A DNA stretch of 64,000 nucleotides, from NCBI GenBank assembly GCA_017303555.1, contig JAFLCN010000020.1, forward strand, positions 5,021 to 69,020, in the 5' to 3' direction. The number at the start of each line of letters is the position of its first letter. Position 1 is the first letter of the stretch. The translations under genes and the position numbers were made by a program. Source of the DNA: Planctomycetota bacterium (lineage in GTDB: Bacteria; Planctomycetota; Phycisphaerae; Phycisphaerales; UBA1924). Below the pieces are notes generated by a model. That model was not told where the DNA came from. It saw nothing but the letters and a program-made list of their open reading frames with translations, and searched no databases. This document shows, one piece after another, positions 45,297-55,136 of this stretch.

Positions 45297-46541
45297 ATGC
45301 CAAACACGCCGACGCCATTTCTCTCGTCTCGGGTTGCAGAGGACGCCCGCGCTCGGCGCACGCCGCTCAACATCCTCATACTCGCCGGCTTCGTCCGCAG
45401 CATCGACTGGTCCGAAACACTCTGGGCTCCCGATCTCGCGCACGCGCTCGCAGCGCGAAGCCACAAGGTCGAAGTTGCAGTCGACGGCTGCGATGATCCG
45501 TCGCTCTTTGCGGGATTACCCCTCATCATCCACCGGCCCAATCGGCGGCACTTCGGCGCAGAACCCTTTCTCTTTCGCCACTGGGCGCGAAGCCTGCTCA
45601 AGGCGCGCCCCGACAGTGTTTGCCTCAGCCTGACACCATTATTTTGCGGCGATGTCTGGCTCCCGCTCGGCGCTCGCGCGAGGGAAGTTGTCGCGCGCAT
45701 CCTGGCCGAGCGCAGCCCGGTCGGCGCCGCGATGGAACTCGTGCATCACCCGTGGCTGCTCCACGAATTGATCGCCGAGCGCCGGGCCGCGAAGGACACG
45801 CCCCGCCGACGCGTGCAGCCACTCACCATCGGTCCGCACGCGGAAAAATCGAGCCTGCGCTCGCTCGGTTACGCGGCTCGTGCGCAACCGCTGCGGGGCG
45901 CCGAACGCGAGACCGCACGCCGGGAAGTTCGCGCGGCACTCGGTCTGAACGAAACGGACCGCGTCTTTCTCCTCAGCGGCACGCACGCCGAGGCGATCAC
46001 TGCCGCAAACCTGCTTCAAGCGCTCGCCATGCTCGAGCGTGTGGCGACCCCGAGCCGGATCGTTTCGTCGAACGAATCAGTCATCTCGGCACCACCGCGG
46101 CTTCGTCTTCTCGTCACGGGTCGCTACCCCCACATGCTGAACTCACTCGCGCGCGATGCCGGCGCTTCACACGCGATTGTCTTCGCCGGAACGCGTGTCA
46201 GCATTCCGCGGCTGCTTGCAGCTTCCGACATCGCTCTTGCTGCCTTCGGTCAACTCGGCCTCGGCACCGGCCGGTTTGCCTGCGAAGCAATCCGCGCCGG
46301 CGTTCCGCTGCTCGCGGCACAGCACGCGCCCGGAAGCGACCTCGTCGACAGCGGCATGCACAAACCCGGCGAGATCATCCGCGACGACACCCGCGAAGGC
46401 TGGCTCGCAGCCATGGGCAAGATCCTCGACGACCGCTGGATGGCCAATGCCCGCGCCGCCGCGGCAAGTGTCGGGCCGGATCTCACCATCCCCCGCCTGA
46501 CCGAGCGACTTGAAAGCTACTTGCTGGGGGCGCTTCGCTAA
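45297..46541 (+). CDS. GT-B fold glycosyltransferase (family 1/4-like)
   Basis: N-terminal LNILILAGF and a C-terminal acceptor/donor region (FLLSGTHAEA..., ASDIALAAFGQ...FACEAIRAGVPLLAA). I preferred the ATG at 45297 because 45231 is only 30 nt past a terminator. Confidence 0.55.
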   Translation: MPNTPTPFLSSRVAEDARARRTPLNILILAGFVRSIDWSETLWAPDLAHALAARSHKVEVAVDGCDDPSLFAGLPLIIHRPNRRHFGAEPFLFRHWARSLLKARPDSVCLSLTPLFCGDVWLPLGARAREVVARILAERSPVGAAMELVHHPWLLHELIAERRAAKDTPRRRVQPLTIGPHAEKSSLRSLGYAARAQPLRGAERETARREVRAALGLNETDRVFLLSGTHAEAITAANLLQALAMLERVATPSRIVSSNESVISAPPRLRLLVTGRYPHMLNSLARDAGASHAIVFAGTRVSIPRLLAASDIALAAFGQLGLGTGRFACEAIRAGVPLLAAQHAPGSDLVDSGMHKPGEIIRDDTREGWLAAMGKILDDRWMANARAAAASVGPDLTIPRLTERLESYLLGALR

Positions 46542-46670
46542 GTTTTCTTGCATTGCAGAGAGCCACGGAGCCCCGATCCACTTCTCTCCCCGTAAACTCG
46601 CCCTCCTGTGACAGCCTCCGAAGACAAGCCCGCATCATCGACCTCCGCCGAGCCTCCGCCCGGCGGCAGG

Positions 46671-48428
46671 ATGCAGATCATCAAGGGCATCGCCGTCTCG
46701 CCGGGTATCACGATCGGGCACGTTGCGCTCCTGGGAGATGATCACCGGCGCCTGCCCCGCCGCCCGATTGCCGATTCGTCGGTTGCCGCCGAGCGGAAGA
46801 AACTCGACGATGCGATCGAGGCCTCGATTCAGGAACTGACGGCCGTTCACGCCCGCGCTCAGAAAGAGATGGGCGACGAGGCGGCGAAGATCTTCCTCTT
46901 CCACGCCGGCATGCTGAAGGACAAGTCGCTCGTTGTCCCGATGCAGAAGATGATCGAGTCCGAGCATGTCGGCGCTGAGTCCGCCGTGAGCCACGTGCTC
47001 GGGCAGCTTGCGGATAAGTTCCGCTCGAATCCCGATTCGGTTTTTACGACCAAGGTCAACGACATCGATGACCTTGCAACTCGTCTGCTGAACCATTTGC
47101 TCGGTCGCGCCGAGAGCCGCATGGCCAAGCTGCCGCATGGCTCGATCTTGCTCGCGCGCGACCTAACTCCCTCGCAGGCAGCCAGTTTCGACCGCACCCG
47201 TGTGGTCGGCTTCGCGACCGATCTTGGTGGCCGAACAGGGCACACCGCGATCGTCGCCCGCGCACTCGGGATTCCAGCGGTTGTCGGTTGTCGTCAGCTC
47301 ACCGCCGCCGCGACCGATGGTTCGAGCATCATCCTCGACGGCGACCGCGGCATCATCATCCTCAATCCGGATGCGGAGCGGCTCGAGGAATACCACGGCC
47401 TCATCAAGCAGCGCGAGACATTTCAGCTCTCGCTGGGCGAACTTCGCGACCTGCCGTCCGTAACAACGGATGGAGAACGCGTCGAGCTTGTCGGCAACAT
47501 CGAATTCGCCGAAGAAGCGCAGCACGTTCTCGATCTCGGCGGCGAAGGCGTCGGCCTCTACCGCACCGAGTTCCTCTACCTCACCAGCAAAACCGAGCCC
47601 AGCGAAGAAGACCATTACAAGAGCTATCTCCGCTGCGTCGAGCTCATGAAAGGAAAGCCGCTCACCATCCGCACGATGGACCTGGGCGCCGACAAGTACA
47701 CGCAGGAGCGTGCCGAACTGCCCGAGCGCAACCCGTTCCTGGGCTGCCGCAGCATCCGGTATTGCCTCAAAAACCAACCCATGTTCAAGCGCCAGCTCCG
47801 GGCCCTGCTCCGTGCCAGCGCCAAGGGGCCGATCAAAATAATGTTCCCCCTTGTGACCAGCACGGGCGAATTCCGCCAGGCGAAGTACCTTGTGAACGAC
47901 GTGATGGAGGATTTGGACGAAGAAGGCATCAAATTCGACCGAAACCTGAAGGTGGGGATGATGGTCGAGGTTCCGTCCGCCGCGATCATGGCGGACACCT
48001 TCGCCCGCGAGGTCGATTTCTTCTCGATCGGAACCAACGACCTGACCCAGTACACCCTCGCGGTCGATCGCTCCAACGAATCGATCGCCAGCATGTACAA
48101 CCCGGCTCATCCGGCGGTGATTCGGCTGATCCGCGACGTTTCCCGGGCGGCCCGGAGGCACGACACCCCCGTTTCCTGCTGCGGCGAGGCCGCCGGCGAC
48201 GTGGAATACGCCCTTCTGCTGGTCGGGATGGGCCTGCGTACCCTTAGCGTGTCCGCCGGATCGATCCCGCAGCTCAAGCGGCTCATTCGGTCGGTCAGTT
48301 TGAAACAGTGCGAACAGATCGCCCGACAGGCGCTCTCGTTCGATTCAGAGACCCAGGTTTCCTCGTACTTGAGGGACCGGGCTCGCAAGATTGTGCCTGA
48401 TTTGTTCGACGGGCGTACCGGCGAATAA
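46671..48428 (+). CDS. ptsI: Phosphoenolpyruvate-protein phosphotransferase (PTS enzyme I)
   Basis: Phospho-His loop GGRTGHTAIVARALGIPAVVG, GVGLYRTEFLY and IGTNDLTQY. I preferred the ATG at 46671 (MQIIKGIAVSPGI) over the GTG at 46608. Confidence 0.9.
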   Translation: MQIIKGIAVSPGITIGHVALLGDDHRRLPRRPIADSSVAAERKKLDDAIEASIQELTAVHARAQKEMGDEAAKIFLFHAGMLKDKSLVVPMQKMIESEHVGAESAVSHVLGQLADKFRSNPDSVFTTKVNDIDDLATRLLNHLLGRAESRMAKLPHGSILLARDLTPSQAASFDRTRVVGFATDLGGRTGHTAIVARALGIPAVVGCRQLTAAATDGSSIILDGDRGIIILNPDAERLEEYHGLIKQRETFQLSLGELRDLPSVTTDGERVELVGNIEFAEEAQHVLDLGGEGVGLYRTEFLYLTSKTEPSEEDHYKSYLRCVELMKGKPLTIRTMDLGADKYTQERAELPERNPFLGCRSIRYCLKNQPMFKRQLRALLRASAKGPIKIMFPLVTSTGEFRQAKYLVNDVMEDLDEEGIKFDRNLKVGMMVEVPSAAIMADTFAREVDFFSIGTNDLTQYTLAVDRSNESIASMYNPAHPAVIRLIRDVSRAARRHDTPVSCCGEAAGDVEYALLLVGMGLRTLSVSAGSIPQLKRLIRSVSLKQCEQIARQALSFDSETQVSSYLRDRARKIVPDLFDGRTGE

Positions 48429-48838
48429 GGCAGGCAAAAGACAATTGAGGGCTTGTCGGCGTCCAGCCGGGCAAGTCCGAACGACGAGCATCGCTTCCCC
48501 CTTGCCTTTGCCGCTCACGCGGTGAACGAGGTGCGGGGAGCAAAAGACCGGGTCCGGCTTTCGAGTTGAAAGCCATCCGGCGGATCGAAGGCGGAACGGA
48601 ATTCCGCCAACCGGGCCTGCCCCGGATTCGGTCGCGGCGATCGACGCGTGTGCGCCACCCATCTGGGAGGCGCCGAGTCGGTCGCGGAAGGCGCAGCGGG
48701 CGTTGCCCCTCTGCGGATGCGGGTCTCTCGGACTTTCTCTGAAGCAATCAGGACACACGAGCACTCCATTGTCCGCGGCGGTCTGCCGCGCACGGCGTTC
48801 GAGGCGATCAGCCCCTCGCGCCAGTTCGGAGTTTCGGT

Positions 48839-51622
48839 ATGGTTCGTGAAAGCAAAGAAAAGTTCAAGACCCAGATGCTCATCAACTACGTCACCGGCGA
48901 GGAATGCCGGATCGCGATTGTTGAGAACGGCAAGCTGGAAGAGTTCACAAGCGAGAAGTTCTCGGCGCAAAGCCGCGTCGGCAACATCTACGTCGGCAAG
49001 GTCATCAACGTGGAGCCTGCGATTCAGGCCGCGTTCGTTGATTTCGGCGTGGGCGACAACGGGTTCCTGCACGTCAGCGATCTGCACCCGCGCTACTTCC
49101 CGGGCGAGAGCGACGATGCGACCGAACAGGTCGGTCACAAGACTCCGCGCCGCGAGCGACCGCCGATCCAGGCCGCGCTGCGCCGAGGCGATGAAGTCTT
49201 CGTGCAGGTTCTGAAGGAAGGCGTCGGCACCAAGGGTCCGACGCTCACAAGCTACTTGTCCATTCCCGGTCGCTTCCTCGTGATGATGCCGCAGATGGAC
49301 AAGGTGGGGGTCTCGCGGAAGGTTGAAGATGAGGAACAGCGCCGCAAGATGCGCGAGATCCTCGATCAGCTCGACTTGCCCGAAGGCTTCGGCTTCATTC
49401 TGCGTACCGCCGGCCTTGAGCGCACCAAGATGGAGCTCAAGCGCGATCTTGCGTATCTCGTGCGTTTGTATAAGGACATGGAACGCCGGCGTGCCCAGGG
49501 CGATAAGCCCCGTCTTCTCTACGCCGAGAGCGATCTGCTCGTCCGCGCGCTCCGCGATCAGCTCACGACCGATGTCGATGAGATCGTCATCGATAACGAG
49601 CAGGCACTCCAGCGTGCCAGCCGCTTCCTCAAAATCGTCGCCCCGCGCACCAGCACCAAGCTGCTGCACTATCCGGGCCGCACGCCGATCTATCACGCGT
49701 TCGCCGTCGAAGAGCAGATCGCACACATCCACGCACGCGAAGTGCCGCTGCCCTCGGGTGGCCGCCTCGTCATCGATCAGACCGAAGCGCTCGTCGCCAT
49801 CGACGTCAACAGCGGCAAATCCCGCGATTCCCGCGATGCCGAGGAAAATGCGTACCAGACCAACCTCGAAGCGGTGGACGAGATCTGCCGCCAGCTCCGC
49901 CTGCGCGATCAGGGCGGCATCGTCGTCAACGATCTCATCGACATGCGATCGCTCTCGCACCGCAAGGAAGTCGAGGGCCGCTTCCGCGAGCGCCTCAAGC
50001 GCGACCGCGCCCGCACCACGATCACCACGATTTCGCAGTTCGGCATCCTCGAGATGACGCGCCAGCGCATGCGGGCCAGCTCTGAAAGCCTGCACTTCGC
50101 CGACTGCCCGACCTGCCGCGGCCGTGGCCTGGTTCAGAAGCCCGAAAGCGTGACGGGCGACGCCCTGCGCGAGCTCGCGGCACTGCTGGATGTGGACAAG
50201 GTCGGGCGCGTCGAACTCGTCGTCAGCCCGCGCGTCGCCGGCGAACTCCTCAGCGCCAAGCGCCACCTGCTCAGCCGCATCGAGCGCTCCAGCGGCAAGC
50301 GCGTGGACGTCCGCGTGAGCGAAGCCGTCCCCGTCGATCGCGTCACCTTCTACGCCTACGACACGGTCGGCGCCGATATCGATCTCACCCAGCCGCTCCC
50401 GCGCAAGCGTCCGGCCGAACTCATCGTGGTCGAAGAGCCGGCCGAAGAACTCGAAGAGTCCGGCTTCACCGCCGATTCGGTCGCCGAACGCGACGAGGCC
50501 CACGAGGCCGATGTCGCCGCCGGCGACCCGACCGAGGAAGTCGTCGAACTCGGCGACGAACCGGTCCTGCTTTCCGACGAGGAACTCGATCAGCAGATCC
50601 GTTCCGACGCGCAGGAAGCCGCGGCAGCAACCGCCGAAGCCGAATCGCACGGCAGCGGCCGTCGCCGACGAGGCGGTCGGGGCCGGCGAGGCGGACGGGG
50701 CCGCAGCGATGACCGTCGCGATGATGGCCGCCGGACCGACCAGCGCGGGAACGACCAGCGCGGGAACGAGCAGCGCGCCGACAACCGGTCCAATCGAAAT
50801 GGACCGCCCCGCGATCAGCAGCGCGCGCCGCAGCACGAGCCGTCGCGCGCTCAAGATGTTCGCCGCGTCGAGACAGAGCGGGGCGTCATGATCATGGGCG
50901 ATCACGGCGACGAGGACGGCGCACCGCCCGCCAACGTCCCGCCGCCTTCCGGCGACGGCCAGGATTTCGCGGAAGATCAAGGACCACAAGGCTCGAACGA
51001 TTCCCCGCAGCCGGGTGACATGCCCCACGGCGAAGGCCCGGGCGAAGGTCCCGGCGAAGGTCAGGGTGGCCGCCGCCGCCGCCGTCGGCGCGGACGTCGA
51101 GGCGGTCGCAATCGTGAAGGTGCCCCGAATGACCAGCCGGGCGGCCAGCAAAGAGCACCGTCGCAAGACGGCCATTCATCGGAATCGCCGAGCGATTCAA
51201 CCGATTCCGAAAGCGACAATTCTCCCCAGTCCGGCCACGCCGAAACGGCGCAAGGCAGCGGAAACGACCAGCAGGGCGATCAAGGCGAACAGCGCGGCGG
51301 CCGTCGCCGCCGGCGCGGCCGTCGCGGCCGCGGACGAGGTGGTCAGGGTGGTGGCCTCAATGCAGGCCCCAACGCTGGCCAGACTGGCGGACAAAGCGAC
51401 GGCCAGGGCCAGCACGGTGGCCACAACTCGCACAGCAACTCGAATAGCAACCAGGGCACGCAACGCGGCGAAGGGCAACAGCGGGGCTCGCGTGACTACT
51501 CCGGCTATCCGACGGCACCCCAGCCCGCGCCCGCACCAAGCGGCCCAAAGCCGAAGCTGCTCTACAGCTCACGGCGCAAACTGACGGCGGCGGAACTGAA
51601 CAAGCGGCCCAAGCCGGAGTAA
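48839..51622 (+). CDS. rne: Ribonuclease E/G family endoribonuclease with a long Arg/Gly-rich disordered C-terminus
   Basis: S1 domain GNIYVGKVINVEPAIQAAFVDFG, ALVAIDVNSGK, and Zn-link CPTCRGRG. The C-terminal ~400 aa are low complexity (RRRRGGRGRRGGRGR, GEGPGEGPGEG). Confidence 0.85.
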   Translation: MVRESKEKFKTQMLINYVTGEECRIAIVENGKLEEFTSEKFSAQSRVGNIYVGKVINVEPAIQAAFVDFGVGDNGFLHVSDLHPRYFPGESDDATEQVGHKTPRRERPPIQAALRRGDEVFVQVLKEGVGTKGPTLTSYLSIPGRFLVMMPQMDKVGVSRKVEDEEQRRKMREILDQLDLPEGFGFILRTAGLERTKMELKRDLAYLVRLYKDMERRRAQGDKPRLLYAESDLLVRALRDQLTTDVDEIVIDNEQALQRASRFLKIVAPRTSTKLLHYPGRTPIYHAFAVEEQIAHIHAREVPLPSGGRLVIDQTEALVAIDVNSGKSRDSRDAEENAYQTNLEAVDEICRQLRLRDQGGIVVNDLIDMRSLSHRKEVEGRFRERLKRDRARTTITTISQFGILEMTRQRMRASSESLHFADCPTCRGRGLVQKPESVTGDALRELAALLDVDKVGRVELVVSPRVAGELLSAKRHLLSRIERSSGKRVDVRVSEAVPVDRVTFYAYDTVGADIDLTQPLPRKRPAELIVVEEPAEELEESGFTADSVAERDEAHEADVAAGDPTEEVVELGDEPVLLSDEELDQQIRSDAQEAAAATAEAESHGSGRRRRGGRGRRGGRGRSDDRRDDGRRTDQRGNDQRGNEQRADNRSNRNGPPRDQQRAPQHEPSRAQDVRRVETERGVMIMGDHGDEDGAPPANVPPPSGDGQDFAEDQGPQGSNDSPQPGDMPHGEGPGEGPGEGQGGRRRRRRRGRRGGRNREGAPNDQPGGQQRAPSQDGHSSESPSDSTDSESDNSPQSGHAETAQGSGNDQQGDQGEQRGGRRRRRGRRGRGRGGQGGGLNAGPNAGQTGGQSDGQGQHGGHNSHSNSNSNQGTQRGEGQQRGSRDYSGYPTAPQPAPAPSGPKPKLLYSSRRKLTAAELNKRPKPE

Positions 51623-51709
51623 GCGACGCAGAAGCTCTCTCGCCGAGTGTGGGCGCGGAGCGTCTCTCTCATTTGGCCTCACCTCGAAGCCCCTTGTCGA
51701 TCGGTCCGC

Positions 51710-52921
51710 ATGCCTCCTACCCGTCTTCTCATCCTCGGTTCCACCGGCTCCATCGGCACGCAGACACTCGAAGTCGTCGCGCACCTCAACGCGCTGCACG
51801 CCGGCGGGCTGTTCCACACCGCCTTTGAAGTCGTCGGGCTTGCCGCGGGACGGGGCGCGGCACTGCTTCGCGAGCAGGCCGGTCGTTTTGGCGTGAAGCA
51901 CCTGGCTCTGTCCGAGGCAAACGGAAATTCGCCGAGCGGCGCGATTGTCGGCCCCGATGCCGCGGAACGCCTGGTACGCGAAGTCGAATGCGACATCGTG
52001 CTCGCCTCGATCGTCGGGAGCGCGGGCCTTCCTGCAACACTCGCCGCGGTCGAGCTCGGGCGCGTTGTGGCGCTCGCGAACAAGGAAACACTGGTCGCGG
52101 CGGGTGCGCTTGTTGTGCCGGCAGCCCACAAATCCGGAGCAAAACTGCTTCCGGTGGACAGCGAGCACGCGGCGGTCTGGCAGTGCCTGCAGGCAAGTCC
52201 CGGCAACGGGCCGGTCGTTCCCGCGCTCAAGGAGGCGCCCGCCGGGGTCAAAAAGGTGACACTGACCGCCAGCGGCGGCCCCTTCCGCACGTGGGAGAAG
52301 CCGCGCGTGCAGAACGCGACCAGGGCCGAGGCGCTCAAGCACCCGACCTGGTCGATGGGCGAAAAAGTCACGATCGACAGCGCCAGCCTGATGAACAAGG
52401 CGCTCGAGATTATCGAGGCGCACTGGCTGTTCGCGCTCCCGGCCGAGATGATCGATGCCGTGGTGCACCCGCAGTCGATCGCGCACGCGATGGTCGAGTT
52501 CGACGACGGCAGCGTCGTTGCCCAGCTCGCACACCCCGACATGCGCGGGCCGATCCAGCAGTCTCTGACGTTCCCGCACCGCGTGCCGTCGCTCGTGAAG
52601 CCGCTCGATATCGCGGACGTTGCAACGGCGCTGCAGTTCGAGCCGCCGGATCGCGACAAGTTCCCGCTGCTCGATCTCGCCGGGCGCGTCATCCGCGCTC
52701 AGGGCACATCGGGCGCGATCCTGAACGGCGCAAACGAAGAGGCGGTTTACGCTTTTCTCCGGGGCGAGATCCGCTTCGGACGAATCGCGGAACTGGTCAT
52801 CGATGCGCTCGACGCGATCGCGCCATCCCCGCTGCACGCGCTCGACGAGGCGCAGGCGGCCGACCGCCTCGCCCGTGCGCACGTCCGCGAGTCGCTCCGG
52901 CGTGCCGTTGTGCGCGCGTGA
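51710..52921 (+). CDS. dxr: 1-deoxy-D-xylulose 5-phosphate reductoisomerase
   Basis: ATG at 51710 gives MPPTRLLILGSTGSIGTQTLEVV; also ALANKETLV, DSEHAAVWQC and the HP.WSMG block. Confidence 0.9.
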   Translation: MPPTRLLILGSTGSIGTQTLEVVAHLNALHAGGLFHTAFEVVGLAAGRGAALLREQAGRFGVKHLALSEANGNSPSGAIVGPDAAERLVREVECDIVLASIVGSAGLPATLAAVELGRVVALANKETLVAAGALVVPAAHKSGAKLLPVDSEHAAVWQCLQASPGNGPVVPALKEAPAGVKKVTLTASGGPFRTWEKPRVQNATRAEALKHPTWSMGEKVTIDSASLMNKALEIIEAHWLFALPAEMIDAVVHPQSIAHAMVEFDDGSVVAQLAHPDMRGPIQQSLTFPHRVPSLVKPLDIADVATALQFEPPDRDKFPLLDLAGRVIRAQGTSGAILNGANEEAVYAFLRGEIRFGRIAELVIDALDAIAPSPLHALDEAQAADRLARAHVRESLRRAVVRA

Positions 52922-53059
52922 TCCCGCGACCGTCGGGGGCTGACCAGGTTGTTGTGCGCTGCGCGGAAGATCCCCGCTGCGCACGAATCCCGGCGGCAAC
53001 AGCGCACACAGAACGCGGAGCGAAGGTCGGACAAAGAAGCGAGGATCCGCCCGCGATCG

Positions 53060-53566
53060 CTACTTCGGCGCGGGAACGTGCTGATCGAACAGCACGGGAT
53101 TGCCGTCCGGATCGATCAGCATGAAGAACGCCGTGCCCGTGCCGGATTCATCCGCCGCGGGTTCCGGCGTCAGCCCGAGCGCCTTGAACTTCTTTTGCAG
53201 CGAACGCACATCCTCAAAGTTCGGGGGCGTCTTGCGGTCCCGATCCCAGCCCGGATTGAACGTCAGCGTGTTCTTCGGGAACATGCCCTGAAAAAGCCCG
53301 ATGATCGCGGTGTCGTTCTGCATGATCTGCCAGGTCTTGCCATCGCCGCCGACCGGCTTGAGACCGAGCTTCTCATAAAACGCACGCGACGCCGCCAGAT
53401 CCTTCACCGTCAGGCTGATCGAAAAATTGCCGAGCGACATGGCTTTCTCTCCCGCCGGTGCTTTGTCCTTCGTGCCGGGTTCGCGCTCGAACGCCGCTCC
53501 GGCCACACCCATCAACGCGGCGCCCGCGAGCATCAACCCGGCTGCGCATAAAATCTTCCGCTTCAT
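53060..53566 (-). CDS. Secreted VOC/glyoxalase-fold protein
   Basis: ATG at 53566 gives a signal peptide (MKRKILCAAGLMLAGAALMG). Also FSISLTVKDLAASRAFYEKLGL and FMLIDPDGNPVLF. Confidence 0.7.
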   Translation of the reverse strand: MKRKILCAAGLMLAGAALMGVAGAAFEREPGTKDKAPAGEKAMSLGNFSISLTVKDLAASRAFYEKLGLKPVGGDGKTWQIMQNDTAIIGLFQGMFPKNTLTFNPGWDRDRKTPPNFEDVRSLQKKFKALGLTPEPAADESGTGTAFFMLIDPDGNPVLFDQHVPAPK

Positions 53567-53656
53567 CGTCGTGTTCCCCTTGCGCTCCCCCTTGCATCCT
53601 CGGCGAGGCAGAGCAAACACAGCATACAGCCCGTCTTCCGGCGGACTTCACAAATC

Positions 53657-54562
53657 TTGCGAACCGCGACCAAACCCCGCCATTCGACCACGCTCGCCTA
53701 CATCGACCGCGTCAATCGCGCCATCGACTACGTGATGCCGCGGCTCGATCGGCCGCTCCGCCTCACAGCCGTCGCGCGGGCCGCGTGCCTTTCACCGTTC
53801 CACTTCCACCGCGTCTTCCAGATCATCATGGGCGAGACGCTCGCCGATTTCGTGAAGCGACAGCGCCTCGATCACGCCCTGAAGCTGATGGCGAGAGAGA
53901 AACCCCCGTCGCTCACGCGGGTCGCGCTCGCCTGCGGCTTCACTTCCTCGTCCGATTTCTCCCGCTCGTTCAAGCAGCGCTTCGGCATCGCGCCGCGCGC
54001 CTTCGATCTCGACGCGTGGCGCGATCGGCACCGCTCGAAGCTCGAGGCTTCCATGCCCCGCGCGACGCGTCTCCCACCGCGCGCAAACCCCGACCGCTTC
54101 TCCGTCCGCATCCGCGAATTGCCCGCCCGCACCGTCGCGTACATCCGCGTGAACAACCCGTACAAAGGCGACGCCCCCGTCCGCGCCGTCGAACGCCTCA
54201 TGGCGTGGGCCGAACCACGCGGCTTCTCCGGCAACCAGTGGCTGGGATATCAGTGGGAGAATCCCGAACTCGTCCCTCTCGAACACTGCCGCTATCACGC
54301 CGCGGTCGAAGCGAGCAACTTCACACCCTCGGGCGAGATCGGGTGTTACCGCTTCCCCGCGATGCTCGTTGCGCAGGTCGAAGTGAAGGGCGACATCCAC
54401 CTCGAGCTGCGCGCCCTCCAGTGGCTCTACGGCTCCTGGCTCCCCCGCAGCGGCTACGTCCCCGCCGACCAGCCCGCATTCGAGGCCTGGATCGGAAAGC
54501 CCTTCGCCCACGGTTACGAGCGCTTCGAGCTTCACGCACAGCTCCCGATCAAACGCGCCTAG
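53657..54562 (+). CDS. AraC-family transcriptional regulator with a GyrI-like effector domain
   Basis: AraC HTH pair (LSPFHFHRVFQIIMGETLADFVKRQRL, GFTSSSDFSRSFKQRFGIAPRAF), then a GyrI-like C-terminus (VRIRELPARTVAYIRV...FEAWI). The TTG start is uncertain. Confidence 0.8.
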   Translation: MRTATKPRHSTTLAYIDRVNRAIDYVMPRLDRPLRLTAVARAACLSPFHFHRVFQIIMGETLADFVKRQRLDHALKLMAREKPPSLTRVALACGFTSSSDFSRSFKQRFGIAPRAFDLDAWRDRHRSKLEASMPRATRLPPRANPDRFSVRIRELPARTVAYIRVNNPYKGDAPVRAVERLMAWAEPRGFSGNQWLGYQWENPELVPLEHCRYHAAVEASNFTPSGEIGCYRFPAMLVAQVEVKGDIHLELRALQWLYGSWLPRSGYVPADQPAFEAWIGKPFAHGYERFELHAQLPIKRA

Positions 54563-54663
54563 CAATCACGGGCACACGAACGGGCGTATCCGTGTACCCT
54601 CTGCGATCATCTCAATCTCACCACACGGTCGCCACGGGCGACCGCCCGTCAAAGGAGTCCCCC

Positions 54664-55077
54664 ATGCCCAAGCTCGACAAAGTCCTCTACACGGCCAAGG
54701 CACACACCACCGGCGGCCGCGACGGCAAATCCCGCACCGATGACGGCCAACTGGATGTCAAGCTCACTTCTCCCGGCAAGGGCGGTGGCACGAATCCCGA
54801 GCAGCTCTTTGCCGCGGGTTGGTCCGCCTGCTTCATCGGCGCGATGAAGGCCGGCGCCGCCCAGATGAAGATCGCGCTGTCTCCCGAGGTCGCCGTCGAT
54901 GCCGAAGTTGATCTCGGAACGTCCTCCGGCGCGTACACCCTCCAGGCCCGCCTCAACGTCAGCATCCCCGGCATGGACAAGAAGCAGGCGCAGGATCTCG
55001 TGAACCTCGCCCACACGATCTGCCCGTACTCCCGCGCCACGCACGGCAACATCGAAGTCACGACCAACATCGTCTGA
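54664..55077 (+). CDS. ohr: Organic hydroperoxide resistance protein (OsmC/Ohr family)
   Basis: 137 aa. NPEQLFAAGWSACF and LAHTICPYSRAT contain the two catalytic Cys residues. GGAG SD. Confidence 0.85.
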   Translation: MPKLDKVLYTAKAHTTGGRDGKSRTDDGQLDVKLTSPGKGGGTNPEQLFAAGWSACFIGAMKAGAAQMKIALSPEVAVDAEVDLGTSSGAYTLQARLNVSIPGMDKKQAQDLVNLAHTICPYSRATHGNIEVTTNIV

Positions 55078-55136
55078 TTTCTCATCGCGATCGCCGTTTC
55101 GCGACGCCGATCGCACTTGCCGTATTCTCCGCCTGC

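Noticed and set aside
48515-51175. 886-aa minus-strand ORF, and similar long antisense ORFs at 57278..60268, 34655..36496, 32151..34109, 24882..26474, 37885..39840 and 21278..22273
   Set aside because: Each is antisense to a gene with strong motif support (rne, the metalloprotease, tkt, the dockerin protein, lpxD, dnaA, CPBP) and has low-complexity Arg/Ala/Gly-rich translations.
50600-51560. Arg/Gly-rich repeats in the rne 3' half as a separate gene or mobile insertion
   Set aside because: The frame is continuous with the catalytic domain. Low-complexity Arg-rich scaffolding tails are normal for RNase E.
53458-55077. 539-aa plus-strand ORF
   Set aside because: It is Arg/Pro-rich junk overlapping the AraC-family gene out of frame. 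Only its last 137 codons (54664-55077) are the Ohr protein, which has its own SD and ATG.
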